Positions 22,901 to 32,857 of a DNA stretch of 64,000 bases are shown here, in pieces. Position 1 is the stretch's first letter. Each line of letters starts with the position of its first letter. The position numbers and the translations under genes are program-made. The stretch is from the NCBI GenBank assembly GCA_002633005.1, contig NMRA01000175.1:379831-443830 (forward strand), in the 5' to 3' direction. The notes beneath the pieces were generated by a model that was given only the letters and a program-made list of their open reading frames with translations, did not search any database and was not told the origin of the DNA. This stretch comes from Phoronis australis. Taxonomy: Eukaryota; Animalia; Phoronida.

Positions 22901-25900
22901 ATATTAGCAAACGTTTGTTATCTGTTTTGGGAGAATCGCCCTGTATTATGTTGTATATTGCAAATGTATTGTATTGTATTGTTTCAGGGCTTGGGTGAAA
23001 GGAGCTCTGGTCTTGGTAGTTCTTCTTGGACTGACGTGGGCCTTTGGCTTGCTGTTCATTAGTGAAGAGACATTGGTCATGGCGTATGTGTTCACTGTGT
23101 TGAACAGCTTCCAAGGATTGTTCATATTCATCTTCCACTGTCTTATGAATGAAAAGGTGAGCTTGTCATTTATGATGACTTGTGTGGTCACAGATTGAAA
23201 AAAATTCATATGCATGTTCAGATTCAGGGAATTTCATCAGTGTGATGGCTGTTGTGTTTATAGTATTGATCAATTTTCCTGAAATTGAACACTATAGACT
23301 TCCACCCTTTTTGTGGTGACATGCATGTTTTTATTCATCAATAGATTATGGAACAGCTTTCACTGGTTTAATAAGGGTAAGGGTTCTGCTTATACAAGTA
23401 CATCTTGTATGCATTGAACAGTGTCTATTACTATGGTTGTCCCCTACATTTCCATTCTCTAGTTCATACTTTTAAAGTAAAAGATCTCGACTATGCATCC
23501 TGTCATCAGGGGTAGTCTTCCTCACTGCCTCAAGAATTGCTTCTAACATTCCTTCCCATTCTTAGGTTCAGAAGGAGTACAAGAAGTGTGTCCGGCGCTC
23601 CGCCTGGTGCCCCATGTGTATCCGTGTCCACTATGGTGGCCACAAGGGGGCGTACCATGTGTCTACCTCTCCAACACCTTCCAGCACTTCGGGCAATGTA
23701 AGTCGTTAAACAAAACTTCCTTCTTTCAGAATAAAATTTCTTGAGTTCAAAATAAGATTTCTGCTATGACGTTATTGCGTTTTTTTACTGTGGACTTTCT
23801 TAATTTGTTAGCTGATGTGTTTATTTTTGTGATTATTTTTGCTTTTGTTTTTATTCATTATAATTGTTGTATTTCTAGAAAATTCATTCAACAAAAAATG
23901 CTATTCAGTTGAAGGTAAAGAATTAGCATCTTGATTTACCTAAAGTGCATGCGTTATAGAAAGATTCCGTCGTGTGTTACTAGAGCACTTTATTTTTGTA
24001 CAGACTTCTCTTGACTCACTCGCGCCCTGTTTTATGGAGAATTTTATCTGTTGAGTGGTTCTTCTGAAATACTGCAACTCGCAAGTTCCCATGTTTTACT
24101 ATTTGCCTCAATTCAAAGGCATGTACAGTACCGTCTTTAAAAGCCTCTGCTTTGGTGTGTAAGTTACCTTAAGTTTCAGGGGTTTTGTTGTGGTGGTAAA
24201 GTGTTCTCAGCCCAATTTTATCCGATTATTTTATCAATGATTCTCCATCTAAATTTGCTGTCACAGTAAACTTGATGGCAGTATTTTAGTTTTTTCACTT
24301 TGAAGTAGTCCTACTGTGACCTACTTATAGCTGCACGTGGCTTCAAGGAAGTCTTCTGTGGTATTAAGAAAAATACAAAATCTCATTGAGAGTTGAACAA
24401 AATTTTGGATAAAAAAGCTTTGGTTGGTTCAATAATTCACTCATTAACTTCAGCACAACTAGACGTCTTCGGTCAAATTTTGTCACTCCCTTTGAAAATT
24501 GGGCATTTTGCTGTTGAATAGAGCAGTTACGCAATACACTCAGTTTCTTGCTTGCACCACCCACTATAGCTATTTACATTGTTCCCCTCCAACTGACAGT
24601 TCATCCGAGTAGCCAGTTGCATGAAACAGTCCTAAATAGAGACTCGACTTAATGTTCCTTAACTTTTCATCGCATATTTGGATTTGAACTTTCGCATGCT
24701 ATTTTGTCTGCATTACCAAGTCAATTTTTTGCTTTGATACACGAGAGAAAACTCTGGGTTGAATTTTCAGTGTTGTTGAACATAAAGAGATCTTTTAATG
24801 AGCTTTCCTAAACTTAGGACTAAGTCCCAGTTTGGTTTTATTGAAATTAGGGTTCTATTTTTGGATATAATGAAATAAAGGCTTAAAATGAGTAAAAGAG
24901 GAATTGATAGAAAACCGTAACAGTTATGAGTAAACAAAGACACAAATGCCCAAAAGATATAGTGAACTTGGGTGAGTCCTTGTTTAAGACAGATTCGTGC
25001 AAACAGGCACTGTTGTGTAACCAATTCTCATTGAAGACATGTATTGCTATACAGTTGGCATAACTCTCTGAGTTGTATCATCATGGACTTGCATATTGTT
25101 TAGGTTCTGTTGCGCATGACACTCTGTCTGATGCAAACTATTTAGAAATATTTTATTTGGTAGTGTCTTGTTGGCTGGAAATTCTTTGAAGAAAATATTG
25201 GGTATACACAAGATTGGTGTATGTTTGTACTGAACTAGATTCATCTGTCCTCATTTTTGTAGGCTTCGTTCGGTATTATCATTTTCCTTCTCTGTTTTTG
25301 GACTCTTTTCCATAGAAACCATACAAGAATGAATGATTTAGAATCGATGTAATTTTTATGAAAATTCTGTCTCTCCAATTTTTGGACACTGTCCTTATCA
25401 GAATTTATTTCAGAAAATGGATTGAAAAGAATGGTCTTGTTGCAGCGTTATATTTTCGGCAATATTAATTCACATTTTTACTGACCAAATGTTGCTTCAA
25501 AATATCAGTCAGGAATCAATATTTCAGACATGTAAAAAGTTAAATTTTCAATGCCTAATAATTACAGTCGAAAGTCTTTGTGCTTATGTTTCGATCATCT
25601 CAAAAATTGAGTGCATTTTGGGTACATGTGCTTATTACAGTTAGTTAACAGTGTCTTATGGACATGGAACATTTGTTGGTTAAATGTGCAGCATCCACCT
25701 GGTGGTGAATTTTGCTTGCATGGATGTCCTTGCATGGTGAAGGCCCCTTTACGCCTGCTTAAGGTTCTGTTCCTGCTGATGATAGCTTCACAACTTTAAG
25801 TATTGTTTGACAAGTATTGAAGAATTTTTACTAAAATCTAGGCTTGCAACTACCTTATTTCTTCATTTTGTGAAATTTGAGTTTGAAATGCACAGCTTAC

Positions 25901-28900
25901 TTCTCGTCACATTGGTTGAAATGAATGGAAAGTCAGTGCTTCTTTCAAACGGATTTTGTGAAAAGCTTTGACTGCACCTACTGATTTTTGTATTCAATTT
26001 TATATTTGAATACGACAGTCGCTACCATTGTCCTCACACTGCAAATGCTGTTGCATTCACTGGTGAAAAATCAGAGCATTCATGGATGGCCTCAGTGCCA
26101 GTGTTGCTGTTGTATCTTGTGAACCATTTACACCATTTCTGTAGGCCTTGTGTTTTAAAATAACATGCATTAATTGGCCAGTTACATCGTTAACTTTTTT
26201 CTTAAATGGCTTCATTTAAATGCTCTCGTGATTACTATGAAATAAGAAAAAATGTGGATCACCGACTAAATAAAATGCGCCAATTTCAAGATCTCCATTT
26301 CCCCCAATGTATGCTACGAGATAGTGATTAACGTTGTGTTGTTGGAATTGTGACAAAAGTTTTGTGGGTGTGAATACACTGAAGTGAAGTGAATCATTCG
26401 TTAGTAAATTCAATATTACCCTCTAACCCAAATTCAGTCGCGTAATATCTACACTCGTGTTTATGCCTATTCCCATGTTTAATATGACGTCGTTTGGAAA
26501 TGTGATGCCCTATGCTATTATTTAATGCCTTGTTAACAAAAGCTCAATGCAAAATCAACATTTTTCAATCAGATCTCTGTAATACTATAACTTTGTGGGT
26601 TTGTGGCAACTGGGATGAATTGCATCAAGGTTAACGTCAAAGAAAAGAAAAGTGAAACTCTTGTTCTTTCTTCAGAAAGTTTTGCTTAGCTCTGAAGTAG
26701 GCTTAGGATTGCTTTAAATTTTTGCATGGGTACCTCACACTGTATTTAGTAGTTTCCTGGTATTATCTTTTAGCTTAGAAAATAACTTTTCTTTAATATG
26801 TAGTGAGCACATGCACTTCTGTTTAGCTTGAAGCCTGTAACTTATTACGTTATGATCCCCTACGCTGTGTGTATATGTACAGGTACAGAAAGTCCAATAT
26901 GGGACCATTTTGTTTTTTGTATTGAATCAGACATCCAGTGTTAACCAGTCTGGCAAAGAAATAGAAATTAATTGTACACTTCGCTTCTTCTGTGAATTAC
27001 AATTATTATCATGGGGGCTATGAATATTTGAATTCATTCCAAGTAATTATGGTGTCACAAATAATTGTATTTGGTAAACTGTCCACATTTTACTGTTAAG
27101 AAAATGCTCTAAAATGATTACCGTACGACCAGAGCCGACTACCACCAAAGCCGCTGTAACAATTGCCTTTGACTTGCTGTGTCAACGTTGAATTCCTATT
27201 TGTGAATGATTTACTTTCCCTGTCATTATATTTACAAATCTAATGAATCCCATCATCCTTTTCATGGTATAGCGCTGTACATCTCGCCAGTTAACAGGTA
27301 CAGTTTGTAGTGGTGTTGTTTTACAGTGCACAATTTCCGTCACTCACAATAGAGGGCAGCTTTGTTACCAGCTACTAGTAGTTTGGTACTGACATCTTTT
27401 GGCCAGCTCTTACAGTTATGTAGAACCCTTGGAAAATGTGGAAATTTGGCCAACTTTGGAACCTCAATTCCCATAAATGCTTTATGCACTATTCTCCAAA
27501 ACGCCGGTTGGAATTGTTTTTAGAATGTACTACTTTTGCACGAAGGCCTATCAAAAATAGGACTTTTATGATTTTCTTGGAAAAAATAAAAAATGTATGT
27601 AACAAAAACGAATTGGTATACTAGAAAATACCACTTTTGACCATTTACATCAAAGGGAATTTGGTCATTTTATTGATTATGTTTATGGTATAAATGTACC
27701 TTTCGTTTTTCTAAATTTTACTAATAAAAAGACGTAGTCACATGACTCAGTTAATGACACTGTTGCATAAAATTTAAAATCAAAGTCTACAGGATTTCCA
27801 CTTTCAGGAAATTCATTCTTTTATTTTGTTAATTTTGATAGATTTGTATTTATTCGGCTAAATGCACACATGTCCATTAGGTCCTACATAACTAACACTG
27901 GATAGTGGCAGCCTAATACTTCATAGGTCAATCTCCAATGAATGCAGCTGATGTCAAAGTTAAACTACGTATTAAAGTGGGAAGCAATTGTTTTTATGTT
28001 ACATTTTCCTAAAATTAAAACCCCTGGTTATCTAGGACACATATTTTGCAACTGTAATTACTGTTTCCTTAGCCCTTTACAACTATGCCTGCTACAACAG
28101 AAAGTGACATAAATGGGTCAGCAAAGAGAGTATATCATGTGACTTCACTCACTTCTATTGAGCAAACCACAATGAGCCAATCACTATTGAACAGTCTGTT
28201 CCGGCCATTGTGTTTTCCCAATGTGGACACCAAATGCAGCATGCCATTTACATCACTTGAAATTGTCGCATTTATAGTTGCAGAAGGTATTGGAAACGGT
28301 GATAAATACTGAAAATATCTTCCAAGGTAACCAGAGATTTTTATCATAAAAGTAGCATCTAAAACAGTTGCATAGCCCCTAAAAATCTATTTAGTTGGCT
28401 ACAGTGCATAATTGTGATTATGTGCATTAAGATAGCTCTTTATTTGCTTCTTGCCATGTAACTAAATAGTGGAGATAAAGAGGGAATAGCAATATCAACA
28501 AAATGGCCATTACAAGTTTCGGACATTGCGACGCGTGTCACCTGAAACTTATTGATTTTAAAAATTTGTCTCAACATGTTGGCTAAAAAGCGAAAAATCA
28601 AATTTGGCATTCTACTCTCATTTAGTCAGTCTTGTAATATTTCTTACTGTGATAAGATTTTAATTTTTATTGCTAACAAGAATATCGAAACCATCAGCAA
28701 TTAAAAAAAAGCTTAAGAGTTTATTGGGGTTGGCCAACCTTAAAGTTGCAAATTCGAAGAAAGGCGCATCTAAGCATTGCCAGGGGCTTGAGTTGGCAAT
28801 AGAAATGCAACACCATCATGATGGTAAAGAATATTATCAGATTTGACGAAAGAGGACTAATTAAATTTTTGTTTTTATCCAACTAAATAGTATTTTGACT

Positions 28901-31900
28901 TTATTCATGGAAAAATGTTTGTTTCAGTTAAATTTCACAACACAAAAAATATTTCTATCACACAAGCCTATTCATTGTTGGAACGATACTTCACCTGGAA
29001 AATTTTTCCCTTTTTTGTAATTGGTCATTCCAAGCCCTGGTTGCTTGTGTTGACTCAACACTTGTAGTTTTGGTGAATTGGTGTGGCCCTTTGTTGCTGG
29101 TATACCCTCTTGTTCTGTATCTAAGAAAATTCCATTTGTTTTTAAAGGTTTGAAATCAAAGTATTTTTGAAGGATTTATCTTTTAAAATGCTGAAAGGAT
29201 TTTAAGCACTTTGCGTAACCCAGTGCCCGTTTCAAATATTCTGTAGCATGTAAGGGGTCTGAAAAGTCTGCATTCACCATGGGCTTTTGCGGGAATGTGT
29301 GCTTTTGTAAGCTTAATATTTAATGATTCTTTAACGATAGTGGGCATTTTAACTTATAGTGTCGGCTTCTTCAGTGTTTTTGTCATCTAACATTCAGTAA
29401 TTCATAATTTTTATGTCACTAAGTGGTGGAGTTTTTCAACAATAACGGAACCCCAAACAGTTTAGAGGTGGCAACTTGTTCTTTGTAACATTTGGTCATT
29501 AGTATTTCTGTTGCTTGTTTAACGTGTAAAGACTGTAATCATTTTAACCACAGTTTCTGGGCATTGCTGTTCACTGTTGCAATGACAGTGTCACGGCATC
29601 TCCCTGTGCTGGATACTCCAGAATTTCTCTCTAACTTCTCACCCAATGCAGTGCACGGTTCCTTCAACTTAGGTTAGGGTGTCGGTGTGAGACTGTATTT
29701 AGGCAATTCATGTCCTTAAAGACTGCAGGCCCCTTAAATAGAATGCCAGTTGAAATGCAGCATTGTGGGAAATGATAATAAAAGTCATAATCTAAACATT
29801 ATCTCTTTGTGCTATGTCCAGATCATTGTACAAATTTTTTGCAATATGCTAAAATCTCACAAATTTAGGACAGAATATGGCAGCCAAGTGAAATATTTAT
29901 ATCTTATCATTTTTCATGAGATATAAGTAGCACAAAATAAAGGCTAGGCAAGGTTTAACTTGTATTACTATAGCTACTGTGGGAATTAACGTTACAAGCT
30001 TTTGAAAAATGAAAAAGTCAATTTTGTCAATTCTTTTTGTCTCAAATTAGTGCGATTTTATGACACTGAACAGCGAGGACAGCTTGATACATAGGTTGTA
30101 AACCACAGTTGAATGTGTGTGAAGTCCTGCTTCTTGCTGATGCTCTTAGTTGTATTGCATTAGTAGTAACAGTACTTTCTTTTTCCTTCCAGTACTTTCA
30201 ACGCCTGTGGAGCGGTCGGAAGAGAAAAAAGTCAGCACGCGGTCAAGTGCAACTGCATCCGAAATGTAAGTGAAGGACACATGGACTGCTGTTATGACCG
30301 TTGTGGTTCTGTACGGTAATGTGTGAATGGGTAACGGGGGTGTAGTTTTGCTGGGTGAGGTGTGACTGCAGTGATGAAGAATGAACACCTCCTGAAATAC
30401 CACAGAGCCACTGTGGCATTTACCCACAATGCCGCTCATCTGCAAGGCACTGCTTAGATCATTTAATGCTGTGCTCTTTTGCCATGCTAATAGCTATTTC
30501 AATTTGTCATTCTTTAGTTTGATACCAGGAAGTTGGTACTGACAAAGACAGTGAGTTACACAAGTTTGACATTCTGGGTGGGTCACGGTAAACGGAATGT
30601 CTTGTTATGTTAGGGATGAATTTGTTCCATTGTGTAGAATACACGTTTTGAATAAAAAGCATGATGAGAATTGTATAAATTAAGGCTTTTGCAAGTCTTG
30701 CCTGTTGACAAAATGAGTACAGTAAAGTTTCTTCAAATCAGAACACAATATGGCAGATCAGAAAATTTTATTTCATTCAAATTCTCAACAAGAGAAAACA
30801 AGAAAACAATACTCGGTTATTTGAAAACTTTGTTCAGAGTGTGATTGTCTTCAACAAACACAATGAAATTTTGAACTTTTTTGGCAATGCAGTAAGAGTT
30901 TGAAGAATGAAAAAGTGACAAATTTGGCCACTACTTTTTTTAGAATTTCAGGAAACTTGCTGTAACTTTTGATTTAGACCAATTTTTGGTCTCGACCTGT
31001 TTGTTATTCGGATTGGAAATTATCTCTGGACTTAAGAAGAATTGCCTGATTTTTATTGCTTGAGGCCATGTTCAGCACATAAAGGGACCCATCAGGTCAA
31101 GCAAAGTTATCAACCCTGGTCTCCAACAATGACAAGTGGTCTGTTCTTTCCAAGCCCAGTAGCCACTTCTAGTCAGAGCAAAGCCACTCTGGCACTTGCC
31201 GTTGAACGTAAATCATCGTGGTAATGATTAAACTCCTCGCGAGCAAAAGTGAAATGTCTGTGAACTGTCAGGGAGTGTGAGTTTTGTTGACAAAGAATTT
31301 TGAAATGTTTAAGGATTTTAACACACTTTCATTTACAAGAATAAATTGTAAACTGGACATCTGCTCAGAACTACGGACATTGTTTGTCAATCTCTGCCAT
31401 GGTTTATGTCCTTTCATTTATGGGGGTGTGCTTATTACATAACCTCATTTATGTATGTCACAGCGTGCCATTGTGGCCAATTTCTGTCATGAACAGTGCG
31501 TAAATTATTGTTGAAAATTGTGCAATTTCAGCAAAAATAAAGCAGAAATTGGAACCTGCCAAAATAGCACATTTTGTCACAACAAATTGCAAACCAGCGC
31601 ATGTCACAAACTTGTGCAAGTGTCAGGTTGGCTCAAAGAAAAAGTTGAGACCAGGACCCAGATCTCTGAACTCAGAATCGACTCAGACTCCAGACTTTTA
31701 CATGCTGGACGATTCAAGTACAAATCTTTGTGTTCACTAAAAGTATGCGATGCAGTTGGTCAATTTCTGAGACAAGTTTTGAGTACAAATATTTAGACTC
31801 AAGGCCCAGTATTATCTAAGGTAAGTGGTCTCAAGCAGGTTTTCCCACAAGGTGGGTGGATAACACATTTAGACCATTCCGTGCATCTTAATGGTTATTG

Positions 31901-32857
31901 CTTCATTCTGATCTTAATCTGTTTTCAGCTCAGCTTAAAGATATCAACATTCACAAAGCTCGTATATCGAGCGGCGACAGTGGGTGTCTATCACCGGATA
32001 CAGCTCACAGTTCACAGTTGAGTCCGGGCTTTGTGAAACCGCAGCCAGAAATTTGTCTGCCACTGGAAACCGACGAGGGTATAGACTTATCCATTATTGA
32101 TGCTTCGGTCGTCGATTCTGATTTTGTGTCCGAGTATTGCAAAAATAACATGACAGTGCAAAATGACTTGCAAGAACAAGAGAAATGGAACAGAATGGGA
32201 AATGGGTTGTTGAATGCCAGAGCAAAACCCGAAAGAGTGTCAATGTCGTCAACAGATAAAGGGGAGCTGTCTTCCGATTATGCTGACACAGAGATTTACA
32301 AAATGAACGATAAAGAAAGGATGCTGTTAGAGTATGAACTGGAGAATCAAATGAACGAGTCTGTGATCTCGACAGGGGAGTTTGGGGTGTCAGAGGTCAG
32401 TGATGAAGAACTGATCAAAATGACTGAACGTTTAAAAACGGCAGCAAGAAAGAAATCTGTTGAAGAGAAACCTCTGATTCTAGAGAAGGGTCAGTTAAAG
32501 GAGGAGAGCGGACTCCGTGGGAGTCATCGTAGGAATGACAAAAAGCCTTGGCGTAGTCGCAGTGAGAAAACTCTCTCCACAGTAGAGCTGCTGGGCAGCG
32601 ATGATGAGTCGGAGTGTAACACGTTGAAGAGAAGTATGCCAAACTTGCATGTGATCTCCGAAGGCGGTGGGAGTCATGAACAATTAACACACCAAAGGAG
32701 TGTTCCCAGCCTGGAGGAGGAGATACTAGTGGACTTTTCTGGAGATGTGAATGGCAATGGAGCCAATAGTCAGAGGTCAAAGGTCAAGCGGATGAGCTCA
32801 GACTTAAGGACTAAGTTTAACCCACATCGGTATCGACTGAATTCTAGCGAATGTTGA
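1809..32857 (+). CDS. ADGRL: Latrophilin/Cirl-like adhesion GPCR, multi-exon, 5'-incomplete (RBL lectin - mucin stalk - HRM - GAIN/GPS - 7TM - C-tail)
   Basis: Phase-consistent chain of GT-AG exons encoding DPC..KYL lectin motif, HRM (C..W..T..G....PC...W.C....W...PD.S.C), GPS ([19 protein letters not shown]), and latrophilin-type TM motifs ([69 protein letters not shown]). Confidence 0.95.
2138..2244 (+). CDS. ADGRL: Lectin C-half exon, variant B: [35 protein letters not shown]
   Basis: tccag|C at 2137/2138; G|gtaagg at 2244/2245; 107 nt, phase 2 to 1; NPC and KYL motifs. Confidence 0.9.
3957..4066 (+). CDS. ADGRL: Lectin C-half exon, variant C: [36 protein letters not shown] (absent from ORF track)
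   Basis: ccttctctctctag|G at 3956/3957; G|gtaaga at 4066/4067; 110 nt, phase 2 to 1; DPC and KYL motifs. Confidence 0.9.
4639..6435 (+). CDS. ADGRL: Thr/Gln-rich mucin-like stalk exon (599 codons)
   Basis: ttcttttccacag|TA acceptor (NAGNAG alternative at 4641); A|gtaagt at 6435/6436; 1797 nt, phase 1-1; open in the frame of ORF 4671-6536. Confidence 0.85.
4700..5900 (+). repeat. Coding 15-bp-period tandem arrays ([15 protein letters not shown] pentapeptides)
   Basis: Visible repeats; CAGATGACAACACAA occurs as 8 perfect copies at 5661-5780. Confidence 0.95.
8123..8158 (+). CDS. ADGRL: 36-nt stalk mini-exon ([12 protein letters not shown])
   Basis: tttccattctag|AT ... C|gtaagt; phase 1-1; S/T/E-rich like the neighbouring mucin exon. 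Confidence 0.7.
9901..10214 (+). CDS. ADGRL: S/T/P linker + hormone-receptor (HRM) domain exon
   Basis: tttcacag|AA; translates RSTRPSTL...[65 protein letters not shown]; CAG|gtacga; phase 1 to 0. Confidence 0.92.
10302..10458. mobile_element. Second copy of same MITE family, opposite orientation, 5-bp TSD (AATCC)
   Basis: CAGGGGCGGATCC...AATCCGCCACTG; AATCC at 10297-10301 and 10459-10463. Confidence 0.85.
11061..11252 (+). CDS. ADGRL: GAIN domain exon (subdomain A)
   Basis: cgcag|TTG ... AAG|gtatat; [12 protein letters not shown]...KAVTK; phase 0-0. Confidence 0.88.
11809..11992 (+). CDS. ADGRL: GAIN domain exon
   Basis: ttcttcag|TCA ... A|gtaagt; [21 protein letters not shown]...VSENI; phase 0 to 1. 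Confidence 0.9.
12222..12368 (+). CDS. ADGRL: GAIN domain exon
   Basis: cttttag|TT ... G|gtgagt; [28 protein letters not shown]; phase 1-1. Confidence 0.9.
13181..13421 (+). CDS. ADGRL: GAIN domain exon (subdomain B)
   Basis: ctcctcag|GT ... AA|gtaagt; LAKVVIISY...[10 protein letters not shown]...PLIFTLQH...NPQCSYLDY; phase 1 to 2. Confidence 0.92.
14343..14466 (+). CDS. ADGRL: GPS autoproteolysis exon with tethered agonist (HL|TNFAVLLDV)
   Basis: ttacag|C (NAGNAG) ... GAG|gtgcgt; [38 protein letters not shown]; phase 2 to 0. Confidence 0.95.
14561..14991. mobile_element. TTAA-flanked dispersed repeat; diverged inverted copy at ~27410-27805
   Basis: TTAA at both ends; shared blocks (ctgtaga..tttgact, ttccaaag.t.g.caaatt, agggttct) with the reverse complement of 27410-27805. 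Confidence 0.5.
15702..15805 (+). CDS. ADGRL: TM1 exon
   Basis: ctctatag|TTG ... AG|gtgggt; [30 protein letters not shown]; phase 0 to 2. Confidence 0.93.
16364..16620 (+). CDS. ADGRL: TM2-TM3-ICL2 exon
   Basis: ccttccag|G ... G|gtgaga; [13 protein letters not shown]...[18 protein letters not shown]...YYLAGY; phase 2 to 1. Confidence 0.95.
17007..17085 (+). CDS. ADGRL: TM4-ECL2 exon
   Basis: tttttag|GT ... CA|gtgcgt; [25 protein letters not shown]; phase 1 to 2. Confidence 0.92.
17725..17892 (+). CDS. ADGRL: ECL2-TM5-ICL3 exon
   Basis: tttcatag|T ... AA|gtaagt; [28 protein letters not shown]...KSRSNNM; phase 2-2. Confidence 0.95.
18256..18333 (+). CDS. ADGRL: ICL3 cassette exon 1 ([25 protein letters not shown])
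   Basis: tgttttgtctcaag|A ... CA|gtaagc; 78 nt, phase 2-2, open; TGCATG at 18354. Confidence 0.65.
19180..19329 (+). CDS. ADGRL: ICL3 cassette exon 2 ([49 protein letters not shown])
   Basis: ctgttatag|A ... CC|gtaagc; 150 nt, phase 2-2, open. Confidence 0.68.
20425..20526 (+). CDS. ADGRL: ICL3 cassette exon 3 ([33 protein letters not shown])
   Basis: ttttactttctag|A ... CC|gtaaga; 102 nt, phase 2-2, open. Confidence 0.72.
21675..22266 (+). mobile_element. Non-autonomous Kolobok-like element with decayed THAP-like remnant
   Basis: TIR A(C/G)GAG(A/C)ATGCCACCC flanked by TTAA on both sides; internal [15 protein letters not shown]...KH resembles the THAP core. Confidence 0.65.
22328..22426 (+). 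CDS. ADGRL: ICL3 cassette exon 4 ([32 protein letters not shown])
   Basis: tctgttacag|T (NAGNAG) ... AT|gtaaga; 99 nt, phase 2-2, open, Ser-rich. Confidence 0.7.
22988..23156 (+). CDS. ADGRL: TM6-TM7 exon
   Basis: gtttcag|G ... AAG|gtgagc; [20 protein letters not shown]...[18 protein letters not shown]; phase 2 to 0. Confidence 0.95.
23566..23697 (+). CDS. ADGRL: Helix 8 / proximal C-tail exon
   Basis: cattcttag|GTT ... AAT|gtaagt; [18 protein letters not shown]...SSTSGN; phase 0-0. Confidence 0.92.
30193..30265 (+). CDS. ADGRL: C-tail exon ([24 protein letters not shown])
   Basis: Long pyrimidine tract + ccag|TAC ... T|gtaagt; phase 0 to 1, bridges 23697 to 31929 in frame. Confidence 0.75.
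31929..32857 (+). CDS. ADGRL: Terminal coding exon, disordered C-tail ending ...YRLNSSEC*
   Basis: ctgttttcag|CT phase-1 acceptor into ORF 31898-32857; long open acidic/Ser-rich frame with stop at 32855-32857. Confidence 0.85.

Noticed and set aside
23698-30192. Additional C-tail exons in the 6.5-kb intron
   Set aside because: Candidate acceptors checked (e.g. 24003, 24599) run into stops or lack donors.
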